A DNA stretch of 64,000 bases from the human T2T-CHM13v2.0 reference genome, Homo sapiens. Location of the stretch: the NCBI RefSeq assembly GCF_009914755.1, contig NC_060932.1, one strand, 5' to 3'. Made by a program: the position numbers and the translations under genes. Shown here piece after piece: positions 12,201-26,923 of the stretch (positions within the stretch are counted from its first letter, which is position 1; each line of letters begins with the position of its first letter). The notes under the pieces were generated by a model. That model had not been told where the DNA came from. It searched no databases and saw nothing but the letters and a program-made list of their open reading frames with translations.

Positions 12201-13315
12201 GAAACCCTCTTTTTATAGTGTCTGGAAGCGGGCATTTGGAGCGCTTTCAGGCCTATGCTTAAAATAGGAAATATCTACCTACAGAAACTAGACAGAAGCA
12301 TTCTGAGAATCACGTTTGTGATGTGGGTACTCAACTAACAGTGTTGATCCATTCTTTTGATACAGCAGTTTTGAACCACACTTTTTGTAGAATCTGCAAG
12401 AGGATATTTGGATAGCTGTGAGGATTTCGTTGGAAACGGGAATGTCTTCAAAGAAAATCTAGACAGAAGCATTCTCAGAAACACCTTCGTGATGTTTGCA
12501 ATCAAGTCACAGAGTTGAACCTTCCGTTTCATAGAGCAGGTTGGAAACACTCTTATTGTAGTATCTGGAAGTGGACATTTGGAGCGCTTTCAGGCCTATG
12601 GTGAAAAAGGAAATATCTTCCCATAAAAACGACATAGAAGCTATCTCAGGAACTTGTTTATGATGCATCTAATCAACTAACAGTGTTGAACCTTTGTACT
12701 GACAGAGCACTTTGAAACACTCTTTTTTTGGAATCTGCAAGTGGATATTTGGATCGCTTTGAGGATTTCGTTGGAAACGGGATGCAATATAAAACGTACA
12801 CAGCAGCATACTCAGAAAATACTTTGCCATATTTCCATTCAAGTCACAGAGTGGAACATTCCCATTCATAGAGCAGGTTGGAAACACTCTTTTTGGAGTA
12901 TCTGGAAGTGGACATTTGGAGCGCTTTCTGAACTATGGTGAAAAAGGAAATATCTTCCAATGAAAACAAGACAGAAGCATTCTGAGAAACTTATTTGTGA
13001 TGTGTGTCCTCAACAAACGGACTTGAACCTTTCGTTTCATGCAGTACTTCTGGAACACTCTTTTTGAAGATTCTGCATGCGGATATTTGGATAGCTTTGA
13101 GGATTTCGTTGGAAACGGGCTTACATGTAAAAATTAGACAGCAGCATTCTCAGAAACTTCTTTGTGGTGTCTGCATTCAAGTCACAGAATTGAACTTCCC
13201 CTCACATAGAGCAGTTGTGCAGCACTCTATTTGTAGTATCTGGAAGTGGACATTTGGAGGGCTTTGTAGCCTATCTGGAAAAAGGAAATATCTTCCCATG
13301 AATGCGAGATAGAAG
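9248..13315 (+). repeat. 3 x 8-mer HOR
   Basis: 3 x 1356 spacing. Confidence 0.95.
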
Positions 13316-15701
13316 TAATCTCAGAAACATGTTTATGCTGTATCTACTCAACTAACTGTGCTGAACATTTCTATTGATAGAGCAGTTTTGAGACCCTCTT
13401 CTTTTGGAATCTGCAAGTGGATATTTGGATAGATTTGAGGATTTCGTTGGAAACGGGATTATATATAAAAAGTAGACAGCAGCATTCTCAGAAACTTCTT
13501 TGTGATGTTTGCATCCAGCTCTCAGAGTTGAACATTCCCTTTCATAGAGTAGGTTTGAAACCCTCTTTTTATAGTGTCTGGAAGCGGGCATTTGGAGCGC
13601 TTTCAGGCCTATGCTGAAAAAGGAGATATCTACCTATAGAAACTAGACAGAAGCATTCTGAGAATCACGTTTGTGATGTGGGTACTCAACTAACAGTGTT
13701 GATCCATTCTTTTGATACAGCAGTTTTGAACCACACTTTTTGTAGAATCTGCAAGTGGATATTTGGATAGCTGTGAGGATTTCGTTGGAAACGGGAATGT
13801 CTTCATAGAAAATTTAGACAGAAGCATTCTCAGAACCTTGATTGTGATGTGTGTTCTCCACTAACAGAGTTGAACCTTTCTTTTGACAGAACTGTTCTGA
13901 AACATTCTTTTTATAGAATCTGGAAGTGGATATTTGGAAAGCTTTGAGGATTTCGTTGGAAACGGGAATATCTTCAAATAAAATCTAGCCAGAAGCATTC
14001 TAAGAAACATCTTAGGGATGTTTACATTCAAGTCACAGAGTTGAACATTCCCTTTCACAGAGCAGGTTTGAAACAATCTTCTCGTACTATCTGGCAGTGG
14101 ACATTTTGAGCTCTTTGGGGCCTATGCTGAAAAAGGAAATATCTTCCGACAAAAACTAGACAGAAGCATTCGCAGAATCACGTTTGTGATGTGTGCACTC
14201 AACTGTCAGAATTGAACCTTGGTTTGGAGAGAGCACTTTTGAAACACTCTTTTTGTAGAATCTGCAGGTGGATATTTGGCTAGCTTTGAGGATTTCGTTG
14301 GAAACGGTAATGTCTTCAAAGAAAATCTAGACAGAAGCATTCTCAGAAACACCTTCGTGATGTTTGCAATCAAGTCACAGAGTTGAACCTTCCGTTTCAT
14401 AGAGCAGGTTGGAAACACACTTTTTGTAGTATCTGGAAGTGGACATTTGGAGGGCTTTGTAGCCTATCTGGAAAAAGGAAATATCTTCCCATGAATGTGA
14501 GATAGAAGTAATCTCAGAAACATGTTTATGCTGTATCTACTCAACTAACTGTGCTGAACATTTCTATTGATAGAGCAGTTTTGAGACACTCTTCTTTTGG
14601 AATCTGCAAGTGGATATTTGGATAGATTTGAGGATTTCGTTGGAAACGGGATTATATATAAAAAGTAGACAGCAGCATTCTCAGAAACTTCTTTGTGATG
14701 TTTGCATCCAGCTCCCAGAGTTGAACATTCCCTTTCATAGAGTAGGTTTGAAACCCTCTTTTTATAGTGTCTGGAAGCGGGCATTTGGAGCGCTTTCAGG
14801 CCTATGCTGAAAAAGGAAATATCTACCTATAGAAACTAGACAGAAGCATTCTGAGAATCACGTTTGTGATGTGGGTACTCAACTAACAGTGTCGATCCAT
14901 TCTTTTGATACAGCAGTTTTGAACCACACTTTTTGTAGAATCTGCAAGTGGATATTTGGATAGCTGTGAGGATTTCGTTGGAAACGGGAATGTCTTCATA
15001 GAAAATTTAGACAGAAGCATTCTCAGAACCTTGATTGTGATGTGTGTTCTCCACTAACAGAGCTGAACCTTTCTTTTGACAGAACTGTTCTGAAACATTC
15101 TTTTTATAGAATCTGGAAGTGGATATTTGGAAAGCTTTGAGGATTTCGTTGGAAACGGGAATATCTTCAAATCAAATCTAGCCAGAAGCATTCTAAGAAA
15201 CAGCTTAGGGATGTTTACATTCAAGTCACAGAGTTGAACATTCCCTTTCACAGAGCAGGTTTGAAACAATCTTCTCGTACTATCTGGCAGTGGACATTTT
15301 GAGCTCTTTGGGGCCTATGCTGAAAAAGGAAATATCTTCCGACAAAAACTAGACAGAAGCATTCGCAGAATCACGTTTGTGATGTGTGCACTCAACTGTC
15401 AGAATTGAACCTTGGTTTGGAGAGAGCACTTTTGAAACACTCTTTTTGTAGAATCTGCAGGTGGATATTTGGCTAGCTTTGAGGATTTCGTTGGAAACGG
15501 TAATGTCTTCAAAGAAAATCTAGACAGAAGCATTCTCAGAAACACCTTCGTGATGTTTGCAATCAAGTCACAGAGTTGAACCTTCCGTTTCATAGAGCAG
15601 GTTGGAAACACACTTTTTGTAGTATCTGGAAGTGGACATTTGGAGGGCTTTGTAGCCTATCTGGAAAAAGGAAATATCTTCCCATGAATGCGAGATAGAA
15701 G
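13316..15701 (+). repeat. 2 x 7-mer HOR
   Basis: 2 x 1193 spacing. Confidence 0.95.
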
Positions 15702-18413
15702 TAATCTCAGAAACATGTTTATGCTGTATCTACTCAACTAACTGTGCTGAACATTTCTATTGATAGAGCAGTTTTGAGACACTCTTCTTTTGGAATCTGC
15801 AAGTGGATATTTGGATAGATTTGAGGATTTCGTTGGAAACGGGATTATATATAAAAAGTAGACAGCAGCATTCTCAGAAACTTCTTTGTGATGTTTGCAT
15901 CCAGCTCTCAGAGTTGAACATTCCCTTTCATAGAGTAGGTTTGAAACCCTCTTTTTATAGTGTCTGGAAGCGGGCATTTGGAGCGCTTTCAGGCCTATGC
16001 TTAAAATAGGAAATATCTACCTACAGAAACTAGACAGAAGCATTCTGAGAATCACGTTTGTGATGTGGGTACTCAACTAACAGTGTTGATCCATTCTTTT
16101 GATACAGCAGTTTTGAACCACACTTTTTGTAGAATCTGCAAGAGGATATTTGGATAGCTGTGAGGATTTCGTTGGAAACGGGAATGTCTTCAAAGAAAAT
16201 CTAGACAGAAGCATTCTCAGAAACACCTTCGTGATGTTTGCAATCAAGTCACAGAGTTGAACCTTCCGTTTCATAGAGCAGGTTGGAAACACTCTTATTG
16301 TAGTATCTGGAAGTGGACATTTGGAGCGCTTTCAGGCCTATGGTGAAAAAGGAAATATCTTCCCATAAAAACGACATAGAAGCTATCTCAGGAACTTGTT
16401 TATGATGCATCTAATCAACTAACAGTGTTGAACGTTTGTACTGACAGAGCACTTTGAAACACTCTTTTTTTGGAATCTGCAAGTGGATATTTGGATCACT
16501 TTGAGGATTTCGTTGGAAACGGGAGGCAATATAAAACGTACACAGCAGCATACTCAGAAAATACTTTGCCATGTTTCCATTCAAGTCACAGAGTGGAACA
16601 TTCCCATTCATAGAGCAGGTTGGAAACACTCTTTTTGGAGTATCTGGAAGTGGACATTTGGAGCGCTTTCTGAACTATGGTGAAAAAGGAAATATCTTCC
16701 AATGAAAACAAGACAGAAGCATTCTGAGAAACTTATTTGTGATGTGTGTCCTCAACAAACGGACTTGAACCTTTCGTTTCATGCAGTACTTCTGGAACAC
16801 TCTTTTTGAAGATTCTGCATGCGGATATTTGGATAGCTTTGAGGATTTCGTTGGAAACGGGCTTACATGTAAAAATTAGACAGCAGCATTCTCAGAAACT
16901 TCTTTGTGGTGTCTGCATTCAAGTCACAGAATTGAACTTCCCCTCACATAGAGCAGTTGTGCAGCACTCTATTTGTAGTATCTGGAAGTGGACATTTGGA
17001 GGGCTTTGTAGCCTATCTGGAAAAAGGAAATATCTTCCCATGAATGCGAGATAGAAGTAATCTCAGAAACGTGTTTATGCTGTATCTACTCAACTAACTG
17101 TGCTGAACATTTCTATTGATAGAGCAGTTTTGAGACACTCTTCTTTTGGAATCTGCAAGTGGATATTTGGATAGATTTGAGGATTTCGTTGGAAACGGGA
17201 TTATATATAAAAAGTAGACAGCAGCATTCTCAGAAACTTCTTTGTGATGTTTGCATCCAGCTCTCAGAGTTGAACATTCCCTTTCATAGAGTAGGTTTGA
17301 AACCCTCTTTTTATAGTGTCTGGAAGCGGGCATTTGGAGCGCTTTCAGGCCTATGCTTAAAATAGGAAATATCTACCTACAGAAACTAGACAGAAGCATT
17401 CTGAGAATCACGTTTGTGATGTGGGTACTCAACTAACAGTGTTGATCCATTCTTTTGATACAGCAGTTTTGAACCACACTTTTTGTAGAATCTGCAAGAG
17501 GATATTTGGATAGCTGTGAGGATTTCGTTGGAAACGGGAATGTCTTCAAAGAAAATCTAGACAGAAGCATTCTCAGAAACACCTTCGTGATGTTTGCAAT
17601 CAAGTCACAGAGTTGAACCTTCCGTTTCATAGAGCAGGTTGGAAACACTCTTATTGTAGTATCTGGAAGTGGACATTTGGAGCGCTTTCAGGCCTATGGT
17701 GAAAAAGGAAATATCTTCCCATAAAAACGACATAGAAGCTATCTCAGGAACTTGTTTATGATGCATCTAATCAACTAACAGTGTTGAACCTTTGTACTGA
17801 CAGAGCACTTTGAAACACTCTTTTTTTGGAATCTGCAAGTGGATATTTGGATCGCTTTGAGGATTTCGTTGGAAACGGGATGCAATATAAAACGTACACA
17901 GCAGCATACTCAGAAAATACTTTGCCATATTTCCATTCAAGTCACAGAGTGGAACATTCCCATTCATAGAGCAGGTTGGAAACACTCTTTTTGGAGTATC
18001 TGGAAGTGGACATTTGGAGCGCTTTCTGAACTATGGTGAAAAAGGAAATATCTTCCAATGAAAACAAGACAGAAGCATTCTGAGAAACTTATTTGTGATG
18101 TGTGTCCTCAACAAACGGACTTGAACCTTTCGTTTCATGCAGTACTTCTGGAACACTCTTTTTGAAGATTCTGCATGCGGATATTTGGATAGCTTTGAGG
18201 ATTTCGTTGGAAACGGGCTTACATGTAAAAATTAGACAGCAGCATTCTCAGAAACTTCTTTGTGGTGTCTGCATTCAAGTCACAGAATTGAACTTCCCCT
18301 CACATAGAGCAGTTGTGCAGCACTCTATTTGTAGTATCTGGAAGTGGACATTTGGAGGGCTTTGTAGCCTATCTGGAAAAAGGAAATATCTTCCCATGAA
18401 TGCGAGATAGAAG
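15702..18413 (+). repeat. 2 x 8-mer HOR
   Basis: 2 x 1356 spacing. Confidence 0.95.
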
Positions 18414-21400
18414 TAATCTCAGAAACATGTTTATGCTGTATCTACTCAACTAACTGTGCTGAACATTTCTATTGATAGAGCAGTTTTGAGACCCTCTTCT
18501 TTTGGAATCTGCAAGTGGATATTTGGATAGATTTGAGGATTTCGTTGGAAACGGGATTATATATAAAAAGTAGACAGCAGCATTCTCAGAAACTTCTTTG
18601 TGATGTTTGCATCCAGCTCTCAGAGTTGAACATTCCCTTTCATAGAGTAGGTTTGAAACCCTCTTTTTATAGTGTCTGGAAGCGGGCATTTGGAGCGCTT
18701 TCAGGCCTATGCTGAAAAAGGAGATATCTACCTATAGAAACTAGACAGAAGCATTCCGAGAATCACGTTTGTGATGTGGGTACTCAACTAACAGTGTTGA
18801 TCCATTCTTTTGATACAGCAGTTTTGAACCACACTTTTTGTAGAATCTGCAAGTGGATATTTGGATAGCTGTGAGGATTTCGTTGGAAACGGGAATGTCT
18901 TCATAGAAAATTTAGAGAGAAGCATTCTCAGAACCTTGATTGTGATGTGTGTTCTCCACTAACAGAGTTGAACCTTTCTTTTGACAGAACTGTTCTGAAA
19001 CATTCTTTTTATAGAATCTGGAAGTGGATATTTGGAAAGCTTTGAGGATTTCGTTGGAAACGGGAATATCTTCAAATAAAATCTAGCCAGAAGCATTCTA
19101 AGAAACATCTTAGGGATGTTTACATTCAAGTCACAGAGTTGAACATTCCCTTTCACAGAGCAGGTTTGAAACAATCTTCTCGTACTATCTGGCAGTGGAC
19201 ATTTTGAGCTCTTTGGGGCCTATGCTGAAAAAGGAAATATCTTCCGACAAAAACTAGACAGAAGCATTCGCAGAATCACGTTTGTGATGTGTGCACTCAA
19301 CTGTCAGAATTGAACCTTGGTTTGGAGAGAGCACTTTTGAAACACTCTTTTTGTAGAATCTGCAGGTGGATATTTGGCTAGCTTTGAGGATTTCGTTGGA
19401 AACGGTAATGTCTTCAAAGAAAATCTAGACAGAAGCATTCTCAGAAACACCTTCGTGATGTTTGCAATCAAGTCACAGAGTTGAACCTTCCGTTTCATAG
19501 AGCAGGTTGGAAACACACTTTTTGTAGTATCTGGAAGTGGACATTTGGAGGGCTTTGTAGCCTATCTGGAAAAAGGAAATATCTTCCCATGAATGCGAGA
19601 TAGAAGTAATCTCAGAAACATGTTTATGCTGTATCTACTCAACTAACTGTGCTGAACATTTCTATTGATAGAGCAGTTTTGAGACACTCTTCTTTTGGAA
19701 TCTGCAAGTGGATATTTGGATAGATTTGAGGATTTCGTTGGAAACGGGATTATATATAAAAAGTAGACAGCAGCATTCTCAGAAACTTCTTTGTGATGTT
19801 TGCATCTAGCTCCCAGAGTTGAACATTCCCTTTCATAGAGTAGTTTTGAAACCCTCTTTTTATAGTGTCTGGAAGCGGGCATTTGGAGCGCTTTCAGGCC
19901 TATGCTGAAAAAGGAAATATCTACCTATAGAAACTAGACAGAAGCATTCTGAGAATCACGTTTGTGATGTGGGTACTCAACTAACAGTGTTGATCCATTC
20001 TTTTGATACAGCAGTTTTGAACCACACTTTTTGTAGAATCTGCAAGTGGATATTTGGATAGCTGTGAGGATTTCGTTGGAAACGGGAATGTCTTCATAGA
20101 AAATTTAGACAGAAGCATTCTCAGAACCTTGATTGTGATGTGTGTTCTCCACTAACAGAGTTGAACCTTTCTTTTGACAGAACTGTTCTGAAACATTCTT
20201 TTTATAGAATCTGGAAGTGGATATTTGGAAAGCTTTGAGGATTTCGTTGGAAACGGGAATATCTTCAAATAAAATCTAGCCAGAAGCATTCTAAGAAACA
20301 TCTTAGGGATGTTTACATTCAAGTCACAGAGTTGAACATTCCCTTTCACAGAGCAGGTTTGAAACAATCTTCTCGTACTATCTGGCAGTGGACATTTTGA
20401 GCTCTTTGGGGCCTATGCTGAAAAAGGAAATATCTTCCGACAATAACTAGTCAGAAGCATTCGCAGAATCCCGTTTGTGATGTGTGCACTCAACTGTCAG
20501 AATTGAACCTTGGTTTGGAGAGAGCACTTTTGAAACACACTTTTTGTAGAATCTGCAGGTGGATATTTGGCTAGCTTTGAGGATTTCGTTGGAAACGGTA
20601 ATGTCTTCAAAGAAAATCTAGACAGAAGCATTCTCAGAAACACCTTCGTGATGTTTGCAATCAAGTCACAGAGTTGAACCTTCCGTTTCATAGAGCAGGT
20701 TGGAAACACACTTTTTGTAGTATCTGGAAGTGGACATTTGGAGGGCTTTGTAGCCTATCTGGAAAAAGGAAATATCTTCCCATGAATGCGAGATAGATGT
20801 AATCCCAGAAACATGTTTATGCTGTATCTACTCAACTAACTGTGCTGAACATTTCTATTGATAGAGCAGTTTTGAGACACTCTTCTTTTGGAATCTGCAA
20901 GTGGATATTTGGATAGATTTGAGGATTTCGTTGGAAACGGGATTATATATAAAAAGTAGACAGCAGCATTCTCAGAAACTTCTTTGTGATGTTTGCATCC
21001 AGCTCTCAGAGTTGAACATTCCCTTTCATAGAGTAGGTTTGAAACCCTCTTTTTATAGTGTCTAGAAGCGGGCATTTGGAGCGCTTACAGGCCTATGCTT
21101 AAAATAGGAAATATCCACCTACAGAAACTAGACAGAAGCATTCTGAGAATCACGTTTGTGATGTGGGTACTCAACTAACAGTGTTGATCCATTCTTTTGA
21201 TACAGCAGTTTTGAACCACACTTTTTGTAGAATCTGCAAGTGGATATTTGGATAGCTGTGAGGATTTCGTTGGAAACGGGAATGTCTTCTTAGAAAACTT
21301 AGACAGAAGCATTCTCAGAACCTTGATTGTGATGTGTGTTCTCCACTAACAGAGTTGAACCTTTCTTTTGACAGAACTGTTCTGAAACATTCTTTTTATA

Positions 21401-22668
21401 GAATCTGAAAGGGGATATTTGGAAAGCTTTGAGGATTTCGTTGGAAACGGGAATATCTTCAAATCAAATCTAGCCAGAAGCATTCTAAGAAACATCTTAG
21501 GGATGTTTACATTCAAGTCACAGAGTTGAACATTCCCTTTCACAGAGCAGGTTTGAAACAATCTTCTCGTACTATCTGGCAGTGGACATTTTGAGCTCCT
21601 TGGGGCCTATGCTGAAAATTGAAATATCTTCCAACAAAAACTAGACAGAAGCATTCGCAGAATCACGTTTGTGATGTGTGCACTCAACTGTCAGAATTGA
21701 ACCTTGGTTTGGACAGAGCACTTTTGAAACACTCTTTTTGTAGAATCTGCAGGTGGATATTTGGCTAGCTTTGAGGATTTCGTTGGAAACGGTAATGTCT
21801 TCAAAGAAAATCTAGACAGAAGCATTCTCAGAAACACCTTCGTGATGTTTGCAATCAAGTCACAGAGTTGAACCTTCCGTTTCATAGAGCAGGTTGGAAA
21901 CACTCTTTTTGTAGTATCTGGAAGTGGACATTTGGAGCGCTTTCAGGCCTATGGTGAAAAAGGAAATATCTTCCCATAAAAACGACATAGAAGCTATCTC
22001 AGGAACTTGTTTATGATGCATCTAATCAACTAACAGTGTTGAACCTTTGTACTGACAGAGCAGTTTGAAACACTCTTTTTTTGGAATCTGCAAGTGGATA
22101 TTTGGATCGCTTTGAGGATTTCGTTGGAAACGGGATGCAATATAAAACGTACACAGCAGCATACTCAGAAAATACTTTGCCATATTTCCATTCAAGTCAC
22201 AGAGTGGAACATTCCCATTCATAGAGCAGGTTTGAAACACTCTTTTTGGAGTATCTGGAAGTGGACATTTGGAGCGCTTTCTGAACTATGGTGAAAAAGG
22301 AAATAACTTCCAATGAAAACAAGACAGAAGCATTCTGAGAAACTTATTTGTGATGTGTGTCCTCAACAAACGGACTTGAACCTTTCGTTTCATGCAGTAC
22401 TTCTGGAACACTCTTTTTGAAGATTCTGCATGCGGATATTTGGATAGCTTTGAGGATTTCGTTGGAAACGGCCTTACATGTAAAAATTAGACAGCAGCAT
22501 TCTCAGAAACTTCTTTGTGGTGTCTGCATTCAAGTCACAGAATTGAACTTCCCCTCACATAGAGCAGTTGTGCAGCACTCTATTTGTAGTATCTGGAAGT
22601 GGACATTTGGAGGGCTTTGTAGCCTATCTGGAAAAAGGAAATATCTTCCCATGAATGCGAGATAGAAG
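18414..22668 (+). repeat. 7-7-11 HOR block (4255 bp; 11-mer at 20800-22668)
   Basis: Spacings 1193, 1193, 1869. Confidence 0.95.
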
Positions 22669-25600
22669 TAATCTCAGAAACGTGTTTATGCTGTATCTAC
22701 TCAACTAACTGTGCTGAACATTTCTATTGATAGAGCAGTTTTGAGACCCTCTTCTTTTGGAATCTGCAAGTGGATATTTGGATAGATTTGAGGATTTCGT
22801 TGGAAACGGGATTATATATAAAAAGTAGACAGCAGCATTCTCAGAAACTTCTTTGTGATGTTTGCATCCAGCTCTCAGAGTTGAACATTCCCTTTCATAG
22901 AGTAGGTTTGAAACCCTCTTTTTATAGTGTCTGGAAGCGGGCATTTGGAGCGCTTTCAGGCCTATGCTGAAAAAGGAGATATCTACCTATAGAAACTAGA
23001 CAGAAGCATTCCGAGAATCACGTTTGTGATGTGGGTACTCAACTAACAGTGTTGATCCATTCTTTTGATACAGCAGTTTTGAACCACACTTTTTGTAGAA
23101 TCTGCAAGTGGATATTTGGATAGCTGTGAGGATTTCGTTGGAAACGGGAATGTCTTCATAGAAAATTTAGAGAGAAGCATTCTCAGAACCTTGATTGTGA
23201 TGTGTGTTCTCCACTAACAGAGTTGAACCTTTCTTTTGACAGAACTGTTCTGAAACATTCTTTTTATAGAATCTGGAAGTGGATATTTGGAAAGCTTTGA
23301 GGATTTCGTTGGAAACGGGAATATCTTCAAATAAAATCTAGCCAGAAGCATTCTAAGAAACATCTTAGGGATGTTTACATTCAAGTCACAGAGTTGAACA
23401 TTCCCTTTCACAGAGCAGGTTTGAAACAATCTTCTCGTACTATCTGGCAGTGGACATTTTGAGCTCTTTGGGGCCTATGCTGAAAAAGGAAATATCTTCC
23501 GACAAAAACTAGACAGAAGCATTCGCAGAATCACGTTTGTGATGTGTGCACTCAACTGTCAGAATTGAACCTTGGTTTGGAGAGAGCACTTTTGAAACAC
23601 TCTTTTTGTAGAATCTGCAGGTGGATATTTGGCTAGCTTTGAGGATTTCGTTGGAAACGGTAATGTCTTCAAAGAAAATCTAGACAGAAGCATTCTCAGA
23701 AACACCTTCGTGATGTTTGCAATCAAGTCACAGAGTTGAACCTTCCGTTTCATAGAGCAGGTTGGAAACACACTTTTTGTAGTATCTGGAAGTGGACATT
23801 TGGAGGGCTTTGTAGCCTATCTGGAAAAAGGAAATATCTTCCCATGAATGCGAGATAGAAGTAATCTCAGAAACATGTTTATGCTGTATCTACTCAACTA
23901 ACTGTGCTGAACATTTCTATTGATAGAGCAGTTTTGAGACACTCTTCTTTTGGAATCTGCAAGTGGATATTTGGATAGATTTGAGGATTTCGTTGGAAAC
24001 GGGATTATATATAAAAAGTAGACAGCAGCATTCTCAGAAACTTCTTTGTGATGTTTGCATCTAGCTCCCAGAGTTGAACATTCCCTTTCATAGAGTAGTT
24101 TTGAAACCCTCTTTTTATAGTGTCTGGAAGCGGGCATTTGGAGCGCTTTCAGGCCTATGCTGAAAAAGGAAATATCTACCTATAGAAACTAGACAGAAGC
24201 ATTCTGAGAATCACGTTTGTGATGTGGGTACTCAACTAACAGTGTTGATCCATTCTTTTGATACAGCAGTTTTGAACCACACTTTTTGTAGAATCTGCAA
24301 GTGGATATTTGGATAGCTGTGAGGATTTCGTTGGAAACGGGAATGTCTTCATAGAAAATTTAGACAGAAGCATTCTCAGAACCTTGATTGTGATGTGTGT
24401 TCTCCACTAACAGAGTTGAACCTTTCTTTTGACAGAACTGTTCTGAAACATTCTTTTTATAGAATCTGGAAGTGGATATTTGGAAAGCTTTGAGGATTTC
24501 GTTGGAAACGGGAATATCTTCAAATAAAATCTAGCCAGAAGCATTCTAAGAAACATCTTAGGGATGTTTACATTCAAGTCACAGAGTTGAACATTCCCTT
24601 TCACAGAGCAGGTTTGAAACAATCTTCTCGTACTATCTGGCAGTGGACATTTTGAGCTCTTTGGGGCCTATGCTGAAAAAGGAAATATCTTCCGACAATA
24701 ACTAGTCAGAAGCATTCGCAGAATCCCGTTTGTGATGTGTGCACTCAACTGTCAGAATTGAACCTTGGTTTGGAGAGAGCACTTTTGAAACACACTTTTT
24801 GTAGAATCTGCAGGTGGATATTTGGCTAGCTTTGAGGATTTCGTTGGAAACGGTAATGTCTTCAAAGAAAATCTAGACAGAAGCATTCTCAGAAACACCT
24901 TCGTGATGTTTGCAATCAAGTCACAGAGTTGAACCTTCCGTTTCATAGAGCAGGTTGGAAACACACTTTTTGTAGTATCTGGAAGTGGACATTTGGAGGG
25001 CTTTGTAGCCTATCTGGAAAAAGGAAATATCTTCCCATGAATGCGAGATAGATGTAATCTCAGAAACATGTTTATGCTGTATCTACTCAACTAACTGTGC
25101 TGAACATTTCTATTGATAGAGCAGTTTTGAGACACTCTTCTTTTGGAATCTGCAAGTGGATATTTGGATAGATTTGAGGATTTCGTTGGAAACGGGATTA
25201 TATATAAAAAGTAGACAGCAGCATTCTCAGAAACTTCTTTGTGATGTTTGCATCCAGCTCTCAGAGTTGAACATTCCCTTTCATAGAGTAGGTTTGAAAC
25301 CCTCTTTTTATAGTGTCTAGAAGCGGGCATTTGGAGCGCTTACAGGCCTATGCTTAAAATAGGAAATATCCACCTACAGAAACTAGACAGAAGCATTCTG
25401 AGAATCACGTTTGTGATGTGGGTACTCAACTAACAGTGTTGATCCATTCTTTTGATACAGCAGTTTTGAACCACACTTTTTGTAGAATCTGCAAGTGGAT
25501 ATTTGGATAGCTGTGAGGATTTCGTTGGAAACGGGAATGTCTTCTTAGAAAACTTAGACAGAAGCATTCTCAGAACCTTGATTGTGATGTGTGTTCTCCA

Positions 25601-26923
25601 CTAACAGAGTTGAACCTTTCTTTTGACAGAACTGTTCTGAAACATTCTTTTTATAGAATCTGAAAGTGGATATTTGGAAAGCTTTGAGGATTTCGTTGGA
25701 AACGGGAATATCTTCAAATCAAATCTAGCCAGAAGCATTCTAAGAAACATCTTAGGGATGTTTACATTCAAGTCACAGAGTTGAACATTCCCTTTCACAG
25801 AGCAGGTTTGAAACAATCTTCTCGTACTATCTGGCAGTGGACATTTTGAGCTCCTTGGGGCCTATGCTGAAAATTGAAATATCTTCCAACAAAAACTAGA
25901 CAGAAGCATTCGCAGAATCACGTTTGTGATGTGTGCACTCAACTGTCAGAATTGAACCTTGGTTTGGACAGAGCACTTTTGAAACACTCTTTTTGTAGAA
26001 TCTGCAGGTGGATATTTGGCTAGCTTTGAGGATTTCGTTGGAAACGGTAATGTCTTCAAAGAAAATCTAGACAGAAGCATTCTCAGAAACACCTTCGTGA
26101 TGTTTGCAATCAAGTCACAGAGTTGAACCTTCCGTTTCATAGAGCAGGTTGGAAACACTCTTTTTGTAGTATCTGGAAGTGGACATTTGGAGCGCTTTCA
26201 GGCCTATGGTGAAAAAGGAAATATCTTCCCATAAAAACGACATAGAAGCTATCTCAGGAACTTGTTTATGATGCATCTAATCAACTAACAGTGTTGAACC
26301 TTTGTACTGACAGAGCAGTTTGAAACACTCTTTTTTTGGAATCTGCAAGTGGATATTTGGATCGCTTTGAGGATTTCGTTGGAAACGGGATGCAATATAA
26401 AACGTACACAGCAGCATACTCAGAAAATACTTTGCCATATTTCCATTCAAGTCACAGAGTGGAACATTCCCATTCATAGAGCAGGTTTGAAACACTCTTT
26501 TTGGAGTATCTGGAAGTGGACATTTGGAGCGCTTTCTGAACTATGGTGAAAAAGGAAATAACTTCCAATGAAAACAAGACAGAAGCATTCTGAGAAACTT
26601 ATTTGTGATGTGTGTCCTCAACAAACGGACTTGAACCTTTCGTTTCATGCAGTACTTCTGGAACACTCTTTTTGAAGATTCTGCATGCGGATATTTGGAT
26701 AGCTTTGAGGATTTCGTTGGAAACGGCCTTACATGTAAAAATTAGACAGCAGCATTCTCAGAAACTTCTTTGTGGTGTCTGCATTCAAGTCACAGAATTG
26801 AACTTCCCCTCACATAGAGCAGTTGTGCAGCACTCTATTTGTAGTATCTGGAAGTGGACATTTGGAGGGCTTTGTAGCCTATCTGGAAAAAGGAAATATC
26901 TTCCCATGAATGCGAGATAGAAG
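22669..26923 (+). repeat. 7-7-11 HOR block, tandem copy (11-mer at 25055-26923)
   Basis: Spacings 1193, 1193, 1869; shares rare SNVs with the preceding block. Confidence 0.95.
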
